This document shows positions 1 to 14,633 of a stretch of 64,000 nt of DNA, piece after piece. A model generated the notes under the pieces. It made no database searches and was not told the DNA's origin. It worked only from the letters and a program-made list of their open reading frames with translations. The DNA is from Auanema rhodensis (lineage: Eukaryota; Animalia; Nematoda). Within the stretch, counting starts at the first letter, position 1. Each line of letters begins with the position of its first letter. The translations under genes were made by a program, and so were the position numbers. The stretch spans positions 7,068,001-7,132,000 of the forward strand of contig OZ059898.1 in assembly GCA_964057225.1 (NCBI GenBank), given 5' to 3'.

Positions 1-58
1 AGTTAGCATCTAACTTTTGATTCACTTACAAAATTTATTAAAAAAAATCTATTTCAAG

Positions 59-1412
59 CCTGCTGCTGCTCCGTCCACGGGATTGCCACTTCATTCATCT
101 GTGTTTGATCAGTCATGCTCTGTAGTAAGAAATCCGTCAGCACTATCTCATCGTCCTCATTCTACCTCATTATTATTAACGTAAATTTGGAATATGCAAA
201 AGTAAAGCTTTATATCCCTCTTGAAGGTCCCGAACATCGAAGAAAGCCGATCCTATGGCTTATTCAACCATTGAACACAACAATGCTTATGATGAATCTT
301 CTGTATCACGTCAAACAATTCTTGAAAGATTAAGAAGGTTTGTTTTAGAAGCTGCTTTTATTTTAAATAACAAATATACTTTAGATTTTTCCGTACTAGA
401 CCTACTGTTGAAAGCTTGAAAGAGAAAGGAATTTATAAACGTAAATCAGAACATTATAATTGGCTATTTTATTCATTATTATACATTTTAGCTGAACCTG
501 TGTTTGGCAGCACTTTATCGAATATTTGTCAACTAGAGCATAGTCTTGTTCCTAAATTTATTAGAACTGTTACTGAGTTAATTGAAAATAAAGGTTTAGA
601 AGTTGACGGGCTTTACAGGTACTGTTCACGTTTTTTTGCTTAATATATTTATTAAAATTTACAGAGTCAGTGGTAATTTATCAGCAGTTCAGAAAATAAG
701 ATGCCAAGTAGACCAAGGTTGATTTTCTTCTACAATTTTAGCTAATGTTATGATATTTTTTCAGATAAATATAATGCTTTGGTAAATGAAGAAGACGTTC
801 ATGTCCTAACTGGCTCTTTAAAACTGTTTTTCCGTGAATTAGCTGAACCCGTATTCCCAATGGCCATGACAAAGGACTATCTATCAGCTATCAGTATGAA
901 TATTTGTTGTTTTCTTATCATTATTTCATTCTTGCAGAGATTCAAAATGGAAAGCAACGTTTTAAAAAGTTTGATGATTTATTGAAAAATTTACCTCCTG
1001 AGAATCGGGAAACTTTGAAACTTTTATTACGTCATCTTCATAGGTTGTTTGAAATATTTATATGATAATTATGTAATAATTGGTATTTAAGGGTGGCTGC
1101 TCATTCAGATAAAAATCGAATGCAAACCCATAATTTAGCTATAATGTTTGGACCAACATTGTTTTACAATGGTGAAGAGAAAACGAAGAAGGAAAATAAT
1201 AAAAAAGGCAAGAAGGATAATAAAAAGGTACGTCATTTGTTTTGCAAACCTCCCGTAACTGAGGATTATTTCAGGAAGAACCCGCTCCAATACAGTCTAA
1301 CTCCCATCTTGCCTTTAATATGATCATGCAAGGCCAAATAGTTGAATATTTATTGAACGAACATAGTCGTTTTGAAGCTCTTCAAGGGCCAATACAAACA
1401 TATCCTGCTTAG
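59..1412 (+). CDS. tag-325: 3' portion of a spliced RhoGAP gene (ARHGAP12/15/27-like, C. elegans tag-325-like); 5' exons lie left of the window
   Basis: Exons joined at GT-AG introns give FFRTRPTVESLKEKGIYKPEPVFGSTL..VPKFI..IENKGLEVDGLYR|VSGNLSAVQK..DVHVLTGSLKLFFRELAEP..LPPENRETLKLLLRHL..NRMQTHNLAIMFGPTL. This is a classical RhoGAP domain with the arginine finger (GLYRVSG). Stop TAG at 1410-1412. The symbol is from recall of family and neighbour, not from a search. Confidence 0.88.
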
Positions 1413-2162
1413 CTTTGATGCTAGAATCTTCGGTATTGCATGTAGCTCATATATTTTTTCACTTATCATGAGAAAATTTAAATTTTCTCTGACATCACAG
1501 TTGGTATTTAATGCACGTTCTTCGCGATTTGTTTCTAATTTCACTTTCTGCTAAGCCATAATAACAATAGTCAAAATGAACAGTTCATCATTTCCTCTCC
1601 TTTATTACGAATTCCTCTTTAAAATTTGTTTTTCTCCATCTCACTTATTTCCAATGCGTGTAATGATCATTTATACTTTTATGAAAATTAGTCTATATCC
1701 TTCTCTTCGCCAGATAATGTGCTTTAAGTATATATGCTGTGTCCTATTTGCCGGTTTTTTGTGCTCGCAGGTAGAGACCTTTTAGATTTTTACTCTTCAT
1801 CTCTAACTTAATTTGTTGTGTAGTTGCTGCTATCACCGCTTACTACTGGTTGAATTCTGGTTGTGGTCCCTTCTTCTTTCTTCCATTTCTATGCTCTTTA
1901 TTTATTTTTCAATCATGTAGTATACACTTTTTGGATATACTATGTATATAAGTAGGTTACATCCTATATCTATATTGTAACCCGCGTTTTCTCAGTCCTG
2001 TGGTATATTTGAAGTGTACAAATGTCAAAGATATTTATTATTACCCATGTACTATAAAGCGCCGTAATTTATTACTTAATGTTAATGTTAATTTGAGATC
2101 TCAACCATTTCACGTGGAAGAATTATCTCCATACTTGGTTTCAATTGAAGAACATGCTTTAG

Positions 2163-2168
2163 TTTAAG
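2163..2168 (+). promoter_or_regulatory. Putative trans-splice acceptor (TTTAAG) 2 nt before the metl-5 ATG
   Basis: Sequence agTTTAAGatATG; resembles the nematode TTTCAG acceptor immediately upstream of a start codon. Confidence 0.45.
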
Positions 2169-2170
2169 AT

Positions 2171-3032
<862 letters not shown>

Positions 3033-3818
3033 AATTTTTTATCTATTCCATTGCTTCTCTAACTTTTTTAAATTTGAACTTGAACTTGATACATGGGCTT
3101 ATTTTAAGTTTCTAGGAATTTATATGATATTTCATTATTAATAAGTAGTAAATAAGTTTTTACTGTAGTTTTTATTTTGATTTATAAGCAGTTTGGACTG
3201 CGTTCTGTGCTATAACATGCTTTTTATTAAAAACCTAGAAACTGCCTCCTTACTGCTTCCGCGTTACTCAAGGTTCCGTTATTTTCTTTTTTTAAAGTTC
3301 AATTGTAACTGGAACTAATATCACTTATTTTATCTGTTTGTATGAGTTTCAACTTGAACTGTGAACAATTGCTTTAAAAAAATTGCGGAACGATAGTATG
3401 ACGTTGTAAAATTATTTGCAAATGGGGTGAATGCCAGATTTCAACTTATATATGGGTTCAAGCTGTAACAAGTAATTTTCTTACGTAAATCGTAAATTTT
3501 TGTAGAGTTAGAATAGTTTTAAACTTCGAAACAATTTTATTTGATTTTAGAATCTCTATATGGAGTGAGAAAAAAAACAATTTTGTATAGATATATTACA
3601 ATTTTTATTCAGGCTAACCAGACATTCATATACATACATAAATATAAGTTATAAACAATTAATTTATATTACATAAAATGAAAAAGAATGAACATGGGAT
3701 ATGTTATTGATGATTAATAACCAAAAAAGGTTTTCTTCTGATGATTTCAGTAAAAATTTACATTATTGCGTCAAGTTTCAATACAAATTAGTTAATTTTC
3801 AGTGTCTATTTGTGGATA

Positions 3819-4731
3819 TTAACACCAATCTGTGTGTTGACAAATTTTCTGTTCGACTGGATATGAGCGATCGAAGAAAACTCCGTTAACGTACATAGTT
3901 GGCCAAATCTGTAACAAGTAATTGACTTCAGATTCTATTTCAACAAGAAGGAACATACTCTAACTCCAGCTCTATGAGTGTTAACCATTGAATAATAGTT
4001 GAGAAGTTCTCCTGTTTGGGTAGTTGAGCATTCGATAAGTTTCCTAAAAGTTAAACAAATTATTTAATTTTAAAAAGATTATAAATACTTTTGAGTATTT
4101 GGTGATAATCGGTTCAAACATCTTGAGAAAGCTTCACGAAGTGTAGTCATTCCTTGAATACAAGTAACTAAACCAAGATGACGACGTGGGAAATACTAAA
4201 ATATTCTTGTTAAGTAAATTTTGACCTTCAAATGTTACCGAAATGGCACAATTTTGAAGTCTATTCAGATCACATTCACTTGGTCCATGCATACAAGTGC
4301 AATGGAAGTTACGGTTATAGTCGTAAGCACAATCTCCCTTTCCGAATGGAATAATCTAAAAATATATTTTAAATGAAATTAATGTCTTATATTCTATTTA
4401 AAACCAAAAATACTATTTAAATCTTTTTTTTATTATTTTATTTATGACTAGTTTAGTGGTAGACGTTTAAGATTGAGAGATGAAAAGTTTCAAAATTATA
4501 TTTTAACAATTCTTTTATTGTGGTTTCAATTTCTTCTTATATCTTTGCAGTAAATTAGAAAAAAATTACCTGAAGGTTCATGATTCCTGGTTTTCCAACA
4601 TAGAATGGCCATATTTGTTCTCTAAGAAGTTTCGTACAGTATGGACATTGAGATTCAGTGAAGATTGTCACATTAACAACTTGAGCTTGAGACAAGATTG
4701 GGAGCAGAAGAACGAACAGTAAAGGAAGCAT
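3819..4731 (-). CDS. GILT-like (gamma-interferon-inducible lysosomal thiol reductase family) secreted/lysosomal protein, 5 exons
   Basis: Signal peptide MLPLLFVLLLPILSQAQ; active-site ESQCPYC; IIPFGKG; GILT signature CMHGPSECDLNRLQNC; WPTMYVNG; ends QKICQHTDWC with TAA at 3819-3821. Confidence 0.9.
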
Positions 4732-7700
4732 TTTCTATTCGATTGTTTTCTCTTTCAAATTTATTAAAATCTACGAGATATACTATTGATATATTCGTTT
4801 CTTGTTGTGTCGAAATTTATTCGAACGAATTGAGATCAATCTGAAAAAAATAAATTAAGCTTAAACAGAGAATATCGTCCGAACATAAGATTGAGATCTA
4901 TGTATGTTATGATTAACGAAAAAAATATACAAGTAAAAAGAAAAAAATCTGTAAAGTAGGAAGCAGTTTCAGATACAAAAACCACTTCAGATTATTAATA
5001 AGAATGACTGAAATAAATGAAATTAACTGAAACCAAAACCATGTAACAACTTTACAAGAATTCTAATGCTAAAATAAAAAAAAGTTGAACATAAGTATGT
5101 TAAACAGGAAGAAATGAATATTTTACATTGTAATTGTGTAACTTAACTTCTTTAGAGAATTATTTGATAATTAAGAAATTATGATAAGATAGAGAAAAGA
5201 GATAGAGAAAGTGAGAAAAAGAGAAATGCGAAAAATTTTTTATGAAGAAGGAAGGAAGCAGGATGAGAGGATACTTCGGTTGGTTTTCTTATTTCTTTAT
5301 TGAAGTTGTTTCACAAATAGGTCGAACTTAAGTGAGCGAAACGATCTGCTGGATGAAGCTTTGTTGTTGTTTGAACGGCTGTTGTTACGTAAAATGGAAT
5401 AGAAGATGTTGTATATTGAAAACAAAACGATTGACATGGATAGTCGGTGAAGGGATTAAGAAGTGACATGAAAATTTGAATCCGGTAAGCGTAGTCACCG
5501 GATGAAAAGGAAACATGGAATGAAGAACATGAAAGAATCTATATAGCAGTAATGCATATGAGACATCTAAATAAGGATGGGCTTTCATAACCAGTCGTAT
5601 GTATCTCACTAACAAGTATAAGATTTGTACATGAGATTTGAATAAAAAGCTGTTTTGAAATCTCTGATCAAAATCAGACAATATGCTTCAGGCATTTTGA
5701 TTTATTTCATATGTACAAACGTGAAGTTTCTCTGTTCTAGCTTTGAAAACGACATGGAACTGGAGCAGACACAGAAGTTGACGATGTTGATCGCTATGTC
5801 AGTAACGACATCGGTGGTGGCGTCAATAACTACAGAAGCGAGAACAAACGAGGAAGAAGCTTGAGGAACAAGATGATGGAGATCATTCAGTATATGAAGA
5901 GGCCAAGAGGATGATGAAGAAACAGGGATAGATGTGAACCAACTTGTTTCTTATTCAGCTGGCATGTACAGATTAGTAATATTTCACCTCAACGTTCTTC
6001 ATTCCTTCCTCTGTCTCACGTTCAACAATTGAAGCTTGTTCTTAGAAACATTGGATGACGGTATCGTTGACCTCGAAACACACAATACAGGATTTTTCAT
6101 TCATAATTGGCTCTTTAAGGATGATATGCCATATGAATATAAAGAAAAGTATAAGGATATATAAAGTAAATACATTAGAATGAGTGTTACAAATAATTTC
6201 AAAGAATGCAATTGATGTTGATGTTGTATAGAGTCATCTAGTGACAATGATCTAACTATCTGAAGATGTTGTTATAAATAAAAAACGCTGATCTGTCGTT
6301 CAAATGAAGAAGATGATGACCGAAAGACGAAATAATTCTGTTGAGAGGGTGACAAACCCAATTCCAGTTTGTACATTGTGTATCAAGCTTGAATAGCCAC
6401 CAGGAACTGATAGAATGATGTGAGCTCGTAAGCTGATCTGAAAACATACCATGATGGCTTTGTACTGAGTAAATCAGATACAGAAGATGATTTCATAGAA
6501 ATCTGCGACTGAAAGTGTGTGATTGGCTTGTAGTTAGTGACAAACACAGTGGGCTATCTTCATATTTAAAAGTTTTGAACTTATAAAGCATAAGTTCTAA
6601 AATGATAGAAGCAACCGTATGGAAGGAAATGGTTTGTGAGCAATGAATAATCTGAAAGATGGAAATGAAAAAGAGAAATGCCATAAATTGACAAATCAGA
6701 TGGGCGGAGAAATAAAAATAGGGAAGTATGGTGTGTGATATGGTGAGAATAGAGGAATAGAAAGATGAGTGGAGAAAAAGAAAAAGAAATAGGATGAGAA
6801 GAGGCAGAAAGAGGATGAATAGTTAGGATGCCATAAGGTTACTTCGTTTCACCGTCTCTATGAAATCGTCTACACTTACTGTCATTCTTATATAGCCGTT
6901 CTTGGTCCGCCTACTCCTCCTCCTCCGTTACTTGTTTCAATTGAAAATAGTAGTTGAAAGGAGCAGTTAAGGGTCAGTTTAACAATGAATGTTAAATGTA
7001 AGACAAGTTCAACGAAGAACCAATAGGAAATGATGTAAAAATGTTTCAAAGAAGAGACGAAAAAGCTTTAATATGACAAGTGGTTAAGATTTGTTAAGAC
7101 AGTTATTGAAGCAAATAAGATTCTATTCTAAGTCTTTCTAAGCATTGTTAACATGATTATGCTAGTAGATCATAGAAAGGTGTAGAGGATGGCTAGGTAC
7201 GAATGAAACTGAGAAGACAAGAAAGGAGAAGAAGTGAAATCTATTTTGATGTGATGGCTTGGATATTGAGAAAGTGTAGAAGATCAGGAGGAAAAGAGAT
7301 AGATAGTTTTGAATTAGAAAGGAAAAGCGATTGTCGATGTCCTTGAATGGCAGGGCAAGATATAACCAAGGCAAACATGAAAAATAAAGAGATATAGATA
7401 GTCTTTAAGCTTTTATTTTTTCAACAATGAATGACGTAATTGATGAGTAAGAAATTCTTTTAAGAAATAAACTTCAAATTTAAAAATAAAAAAAGAATAT
7501 CTATCTAGCTATATCATTTGATTATATTATCGCCAAATTTAGGTAAAAAAAAATAATTGGAGATGTTTATCGTATTAAAAAGAAAAATTAATAAATAAAA
7601 AGTTGTGAAAGTGAAGAAGAGGTGTTTTGTTTGATATAGCCGACATTCTAGTCTATATGAAAGTAGAATAACGTGTTGAATTCATTTTTTGAATTGTTAT

Positions 7701-10700
7701 ATATAGAGATTATTAAGAATTGAATACAGATTTAAAGAACAAGATGAAGTAGAATATAAGAGAGAAGAAGTCAGATAGATAGATAGAAAGAGAGAGACAG
7801 AGAAAATAAGAGAAGATGGTTCAAAGTGAACTTCTGTAATAGTTTATTTGCACAAACTGATTTAGATTGAGCAATTATGACTATAAAGAGATGAAAGAGA
7901 GAGGAATATTCTGTTGTTAAGAGGCAATATTTGAAGAAAATAAGCGATAGAACATAGACTAAACTTATATTAGATATATGTTGTATATATTAAATTAATA
8001 TTTTGATCAGTTTTATTAATTTTTTTATTTTTAATTATATTTGCCAACTGGTTATCTTTAAAAATTGCTTTTTCAGTCACGTTCCAGAAGAAAGATCGTG
8101 AAAAGTTCAATCCGAGCATGTTATGTGTCATAGCAAACAAAGTGATCGTGTTGCTCTTTGAAACATTTTCCAATTTCGAGTGTTTTCTCAATAGTATTGT
8201 CATATTATTTAGTTTTATTTAGTTAGGTTCTAAAAGATTTTGGTTTAATTTGATAGTATAAGTACAAGTAGTTGAATGATTGATCTTAAATTATCATGAG
8301 TTTTTTTTCTTTTTTTTATGAAAGAAAATATTAAATTGAATAGTAATTTGAAATAATCAGAGTACAAAATACTTGAATTTCTTTTTGATTTTCATTGGTT
8401 TTCATCTCTTTTCTCCTCTTTTTTTCTTTTAATTTCATGCACACTTGAAAAATTCACATATGTATATAGCTAAAGACGATCAAAAGATTTTTTATAGAAA
8501 TTATTATAATAATTATTTATTAAGTTTAAATTCAATTAATATATTAAGATTATTTTAAAACTTATGTAATAAGCTATTATAAGATCATAAAAATAATGAA
8601 ATGACCATAGTTTATTAGTTTAAAACATGAACCGGATATGCCCTTCAGATAAGTTTTCAACCTGCTATAGTTTATGATATAGAATGGCAAATGAAAATAG
8701 GTTGGATTTGAAGGTCAGAAAAAGATAATATTTAGATGGTTTTGAACTCATAGATGACGTTAGATGGTGGGATGAGAACACGAATTGGAAGAAAAATGAA
8801 AGATATAGATGACCACAATAGGTTTATGATATGATAAAGCATAGACAATGGCATATAAAGGGTAAAAGATCATTTGAAATTTAATTTTAATGTTGATAAA
8901 TGATTCAATTTAATTGAAATGAATGATTGTTTAATGATTTCTATTTTGTTTTTGATTCATAAAATATTTAATAAAGATAGTTTAAACAGTAAAGATTTGA
9001 AGAATCAAGTATTGAGTAAGTATAAAAGATTGAATGGGCTAAAGAATAAGCGAATTGTGATGAAAAAGTTTTGAAACCGGTCTCGATGGATTTCTTTTAT
9101 TTCTTTCTACAATCTTGATGTTTGTTTTCGATTTTTATCCTCTTGATTTACAATTACATGATAATCTGAGAAGTTGTTGATATACTTATATGTACATTCC
9201 ATTTTTATCTTTAATTATAAAAAAATTATAATTATATTTTCATATAGGTTTGAAAAAAATTCATAGTTTCATCCATGGAAAATGAAATTTTCATTGCAAA
9301 ACTGGACGGATCTTTAAGGAATTTTTCTCATTTCATGGTACCACTTTCATTTATTTATTTATATTATTTTTTAATATTGATTACCAAATAACTAAAAAAG
9401 GGGGAAATGTTGAATTTCATTTCCTGCGACAGATGTAACCTGAAAAAAATTTCCCGCGGAAGTTTCAACGCTTTGAAAAAGGTTTTTTTTCTGCATCTTT
9501 GTATGGGTTTTCTAAGCACCTCGTATTGACCATACAGAGAATTCATCGATAAGCATTTAGATCTGACAGATGAGTGTCTTATTATGAAGAAGTTAACTTG
9601 CTTAGGAAAAGCCAAGGAATGAAGCTTTTGTTTGTTGCAGTTTTTAGATGAAATAGCCAGATGGCAGGCATAAGGTGGCCTTCAGATATGGCAAGTCAGA
9701 AAAATCATAGAACGGATAATAAACTGAGATGAAGGAGCGGCCACTTGCATAGTTCGAAAAGAAAAGTCGCAAAACTGGGAACTGATGGTAAGAGGATCGG
9801 GGTTGCATGGTAGAGATGTTTAGGGAAGTTGATTTAGATAGCGTTGGTTAGTTTTGGGTGATTGTACAGAGGAAGCTGATCTGGCTTTTTAGAAAACTTA
9901 TAAGATGGTCATTTAGGATATTATAGGGAGAATAAAGAGACAGTGAGTTTGTGAGTGAAAGAGAAAAGGAGAAAAGAAAAGAGACTAAGAGAGAAAGAGA
10001 ATGAGAGAGAAAGAAAGAGAGAGAGAAAGAGAAATAAAGAGAAAATTAGATAATTGAAAGTGCGAATACATGTTTCCTTTTGAGATATGTTTATTTATAA
10101 TCTAGATTTATAGATAATATAAAATATCTGATCATACAACATCACTCACTGATTATGAATCTAGTTTAGAGTTTTAAGCTTATTTTAAAATATTACTTTA
10201 TTAATATGAGAAAATAATTTCAAATAATATAATTTACATTTATAGATAATATAAAATATTTATTAATTATAATAAACAATATAATTAAAATAAAATTATA
10301 AAATTTATAATATCTTATAAATAAGTATGTAAAATTCATCAGCTTGCGATAATCATGCACGCCAAGATTTTATCGAATGTTCAACATCCGTAGAAGAAAC
10401 AGCTAAAGAAGATGGATTAGAAATAGTTAAAGCCGGTTGTTATGTCATCTACTCTATTCTCCTCGATCTCTTCAATCCTCTACTGTCTTTAATCTAATTT
10501 CTTTCAATCGTTTTTCATCAAAAATCGCTTTCGGGTTCGACTGTGTCGTCATCGTACAGAGTTAGGGACCTAAGCTTACATTTGTTACCCATTTATCGAT
10601 ATCCTGTTTTTCTAGTTCCATGATTACATAATGATACTCATAAATCGAACCATATGTATAAGATGTTATATAATTCTTCCGAATCCAATAAATCTATTAG

Positions 10701-10818
10701 AAGTAGATCAATGAGTAAATATTTCGAAATCATTACAGATATTACAGTATAATTTCACTTTTTTAATGAATTAATTGTCAAGTTCTTCTTATTTTAAATT
10801 ACAACTAGTATACCAATT

Positions 10819-11503
10819 TCAAATAGTCTCAAAGTTGGATATGTATGTATACATCTTCTTCCTAAAAACTTGACCGGCTTTAAAGATTGTCTCGAAACTC
10901 CTATTAGCAAACAATTTGTGTTGAACTTGATTTGCTGACTCATAGCTACTATTGAAAAGTAGCTAACAAAAAATATAATTAATTTAAATAATTATAATTC
11001 ATTTTAAAAGATTTTTATATATTTTTGATATTTATGGTAATATTAAATATTTTTATTAAAATAATTATTATTTTAACTTTATTCAAAAATTAAACATTTT
11101 CTCTCTAGTATTTAGTATAAATATCTTGATTATTTAAAATTTTATTAAAATCTAATATATTTATTTAATTATACAATAAATAGTATATTTAAAATAATAT
11201 ATAATTAATTAATTAAATTTATCAAAATAATATTTATTAGATTATTATTTATTAAATCCAATTATAATACAAATTGAAATATTTAAATGATAAATTTAAA
11301 AATATAAAAATCTTTTAAAATGAATTATAATTATTTAAATGAATTATATTTTTTGTTAGCTACTTTTCAATAGTAGCTATGAGTCAGCAAATCAAGTTCA
11401 ACACAAATTGTTTGCTAATAGGAGTTTCGAGACAATCTTTAAAGCCGGTCAAGTTTTTAGGAAGAAGATGTATACATACATATCCAACTTTGAGACTATT
11501 TGA
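10819..11503. repeat. Long inverted repeat: 202-bp arms (10819-11020 and 11302-11503), ~281-bp very AT-rich spacer; foldback/MITE-like
   Basis: The left arm tcaaatagtctcaaagttggat...aagatttttatat is the reverse complement of the right arm atataaaaatctt...ccaactttgagactatttga, with one mismatch seen. No clear target-site duplication. Confidence 0.93.
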
Positions 11504-11552
11504 CTACAAAATATTATTATTTTGTATATAAAAAATATAAATTCTGTACAAA

Positions 11553-11558
11553 TTTATT
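11553..11558 (-). terminator. Candidate polyadenylation signal (AATAAA) of tir-1
   Basis: First minus-strand AATAAA noticed, ~775 nt after the tir-1 stop. Weak evidence in AT-rich DNA. Confidence 0.35.
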
Positions 11559-12331
11559 TGAAAAAAAAAAATAATATATACATTTTATAGATAATATAAG
11601 AGGTAATAATGACAACAACAATATTGTACCTGCACCGTTTTCTAATAAGAGACAGCCAGAAAAAAAACAAAATGGAAATATATATATACGTAAAATATAA
11701 AATTAATTACAATATTAAACCCAAAATGCAAAAAATATAGTGCTTGTTGCAATATTCACCGAATTGTAAAAAAAATGAAAAAAATAATGTAGGGAATGAT
11801 TGCATCATTATTAAAGATAATAATAATAATTATAATAATAATAATAATATAGCTATAATCATGCTTTTCATATATAAACTATCTAATACTTTTGACACTA
11901 TATTGGGATTTGTTTGTGTTTTTTTTTAAAAAAATAATTTCAAAAATAAGGATTTAACCTATTCGTTCTACTGTAGTGAAAGATGATGCCCGTAATATAA
12001 CAAGAGAAGAATGAGACAAAGTGATAGTGGCAGAAAGAGATCGTGGATATCGAATTCAGAAGTATTGAGCTCATGTATTGTACATAACTAGGTTGTTTCA
12101 CCTACAGTTTTGGCTCATTTTCCTTTTGATATTCCAATAATTTGATTTGATTATAAATGCAAAAGGAAAACATAAAACCAAAAATGGATTAGTTTCAAAT
12201 GGATGGTTTTGAAGAACAGTGACAAAGATAAAGAAATCATTTGCACAACTGCTTATATGATATGATTTCAAATGTTGAAACTAACTCAAACAAGGCAACA
12301 TTATAATAATAATAAAGCTCATTGGCTAGAA

Positions 12332-14586
12332 CTATGACTTATCACAAGCAGTTGATACAGATGATTGCAGCATTTTTCGTCGCGAATTTTCACGAGTAGA
12401 AAGATTACTAAGGGGTGTAGGTGAAGTTGCTCCGGATGACCGATTTGCAGATGAATTCGTCTTCACATGAGTAGGAGTTGCAGGATCATTTATTCTCATT
12501 GTACGATATGATGAATTCTGACGAAGATTTGCCGCCGAATGAACAGCACGCTGAGAAGCTGTGGATGCATTGGTTCGACGAGATAGAGCTTGTGGAGTTG
12601 TTCCATGCTAAAACAACAGATTATAAATATTATAAGTTTAATTATATGATGTAAAATTGTTAATTTGAAAATAGTACTAACCGATGGAGAATTAGATCGT
12701 TGGTTCATGGACTGGGATCGGTTTAGTTCGCCTTCCAAGAAACGAACAACCTTGTGCATACAAGCATCTTGATAATCATGTACCCATCTGAAAAGAAAAG
12801 AATATAAAAAACAAAAATAATATTATTTTACTTACTTAACGCCATTGTATTTAGTGATATGTCGAATATCTATAGGGATTTGATCTTCATCTTGTGGAAA
12901 TTCAAATGATTGATCAAAGATTGGAATTATATTCTTATGAAATTGGAAAGCACATCGTAACTAAAACTTATAATTAACAAAAGTTTAAAAAAAATGTTTA
13001 TAAACCTCTTTGTGAATCCAATCTTCACAATTATGATCATTTAATAGACGATCAAGTGAATGAGGTGTTAACACAAGGATGAAATGTTTAGCAGCTTGAA
13101 TATTCTTTAAAAGTGATGAATCAAACTTTCCAGCGTAAAGCTTGTCAACATCAATAAAAACCTAAAGATAACATAGTATGATTGATATACGAATCATTAA
13201 AAATTACTTTATATCCACGAAGTTGAAGTAGAACTTTGATTAAACTTGCTAATTGATTACCAGTACTTCGTCGATAACTGATGAAAACATCAATCTGTTT
13301 ACTTAGCATTGCAACTTCTACATCATCAGGATGTTTAGCATCTAAAGAAACATAAATATTAATAGAAATCTTTTAAAAGTACACGAAATACCTCTGAATG
13401 CTTGAAGTAATTTCAAACGATGAATAGGATTCATGATGCCACATGCACTTTGCATGAGGTCATCTGTGAGTAAGGCTAACATAGACCGATTAATACCACT
13501 TGATAACATCTTAAATATAATAAAATACAATTATATAATTATATAATTATATAATATTACCTTATATGTATAAACAGAAAGTTCAGGACTTAATGACATA
13601 AGTAATTGATCAAGATTACTTTCATCAACTCCTGAATAGTCAGCAGCTATTTTGAGACTTTCTAATTCACGCATAAATCGTTTTCGATGTAAACCAGATT
13701 GCATTTCTAAGTCTATTTCTAAGTCACGTTCACTTAAATGTAGTAAAAGATCTCCATCAACCATTTGTCTGGCAAATCTATCTACGTAATCCTCGAAACC
13801 AATCTATAACGGTAAGACTTAGTTTGAACTTTTTTATCAGAAGAGTTACCTTCTTAACCCAATATTGGACATCGTTAGTTGTCCAGCTTGGAACCTGCTG
13901 AGCCAGCTTATAAGGAACTTCTTCTCCGATAACGGTTAAAGCTTCACTTGCAAACTTGGCAGCAACTTCATCGGGTGATGAAGCTACTTCCTTCAGTGCT
14001 TGAATAGCTCCGATTTCCTGAAAATGAAAAAATGAAAATGACGCTGAAGAAAAGGTTTAAAAAATTTTTGTTTGATATTAGAAATCATCTTATCTATTTA
14101 AATGAATTAAAACGTTTGATACATAAACATTAAACGAAAAAACAAACAATCAAAGAGTTTTCGATAAAGATGCAGTGCTGATGATGATGATGATGTTGAG
14201 TAAATGCTGTTATACATTATTTTTTCAAACTTGATTATCTTGAATTATATAAAATTGTAAAATAATTTATAGAGAGAGAGAGAGAGAGAGAATATTGAAT
14301 AACTCAGGGCAGCAAGAACAAGAATGAAATGATGTAGATGAAGGTGATGAAGACGAAGGTATTGGCTGTGGCTAGTCAACCAGCCAAAGCCAACTAGCCG
14401 ATTGTTTGCAAGTGAGATGAGTCATAGCTACAAACGGTTAGCCATTTTGTGTGTATTATATGTATCTCAGGTACTTTACAAATCAAAACTTCCCTCAAAC
14501 GTGGTGAATACAGGATTTCATACTTTAAATCAAATTCTGATATTTATTCTTTTAATTTTCTCGAAATTTATAAAAAAGTAATGACA

Positions 14587-14633
<47 letters not shown>

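Noticed and set aside
3046-3061. Short direct match attccattgcttctct shared with ~28019
   Set aside because: Only ~15 bp with no extended similarity; compatible with chance.
5467-5517. Hairpin atccggt…accggat with TCACCGGA, resembling the miR-35/36 seed
   Set aside because: The stem is only ~7 bp, the loop is too short and the lower arm is mostly mismatched; not pre-miRNA geometry.
10531-10545. GGTTCGACT, like a tRNA B-box
   Set aside because: No A-box or cloverleaf stems around it.
12682-13341. TIR domain as part of a prokaryotic Thoeris/CBASS-type defence system
   Set aside because: The domain is split by spliceosomal introns and sits in a canonical animal SARM1 architecture.
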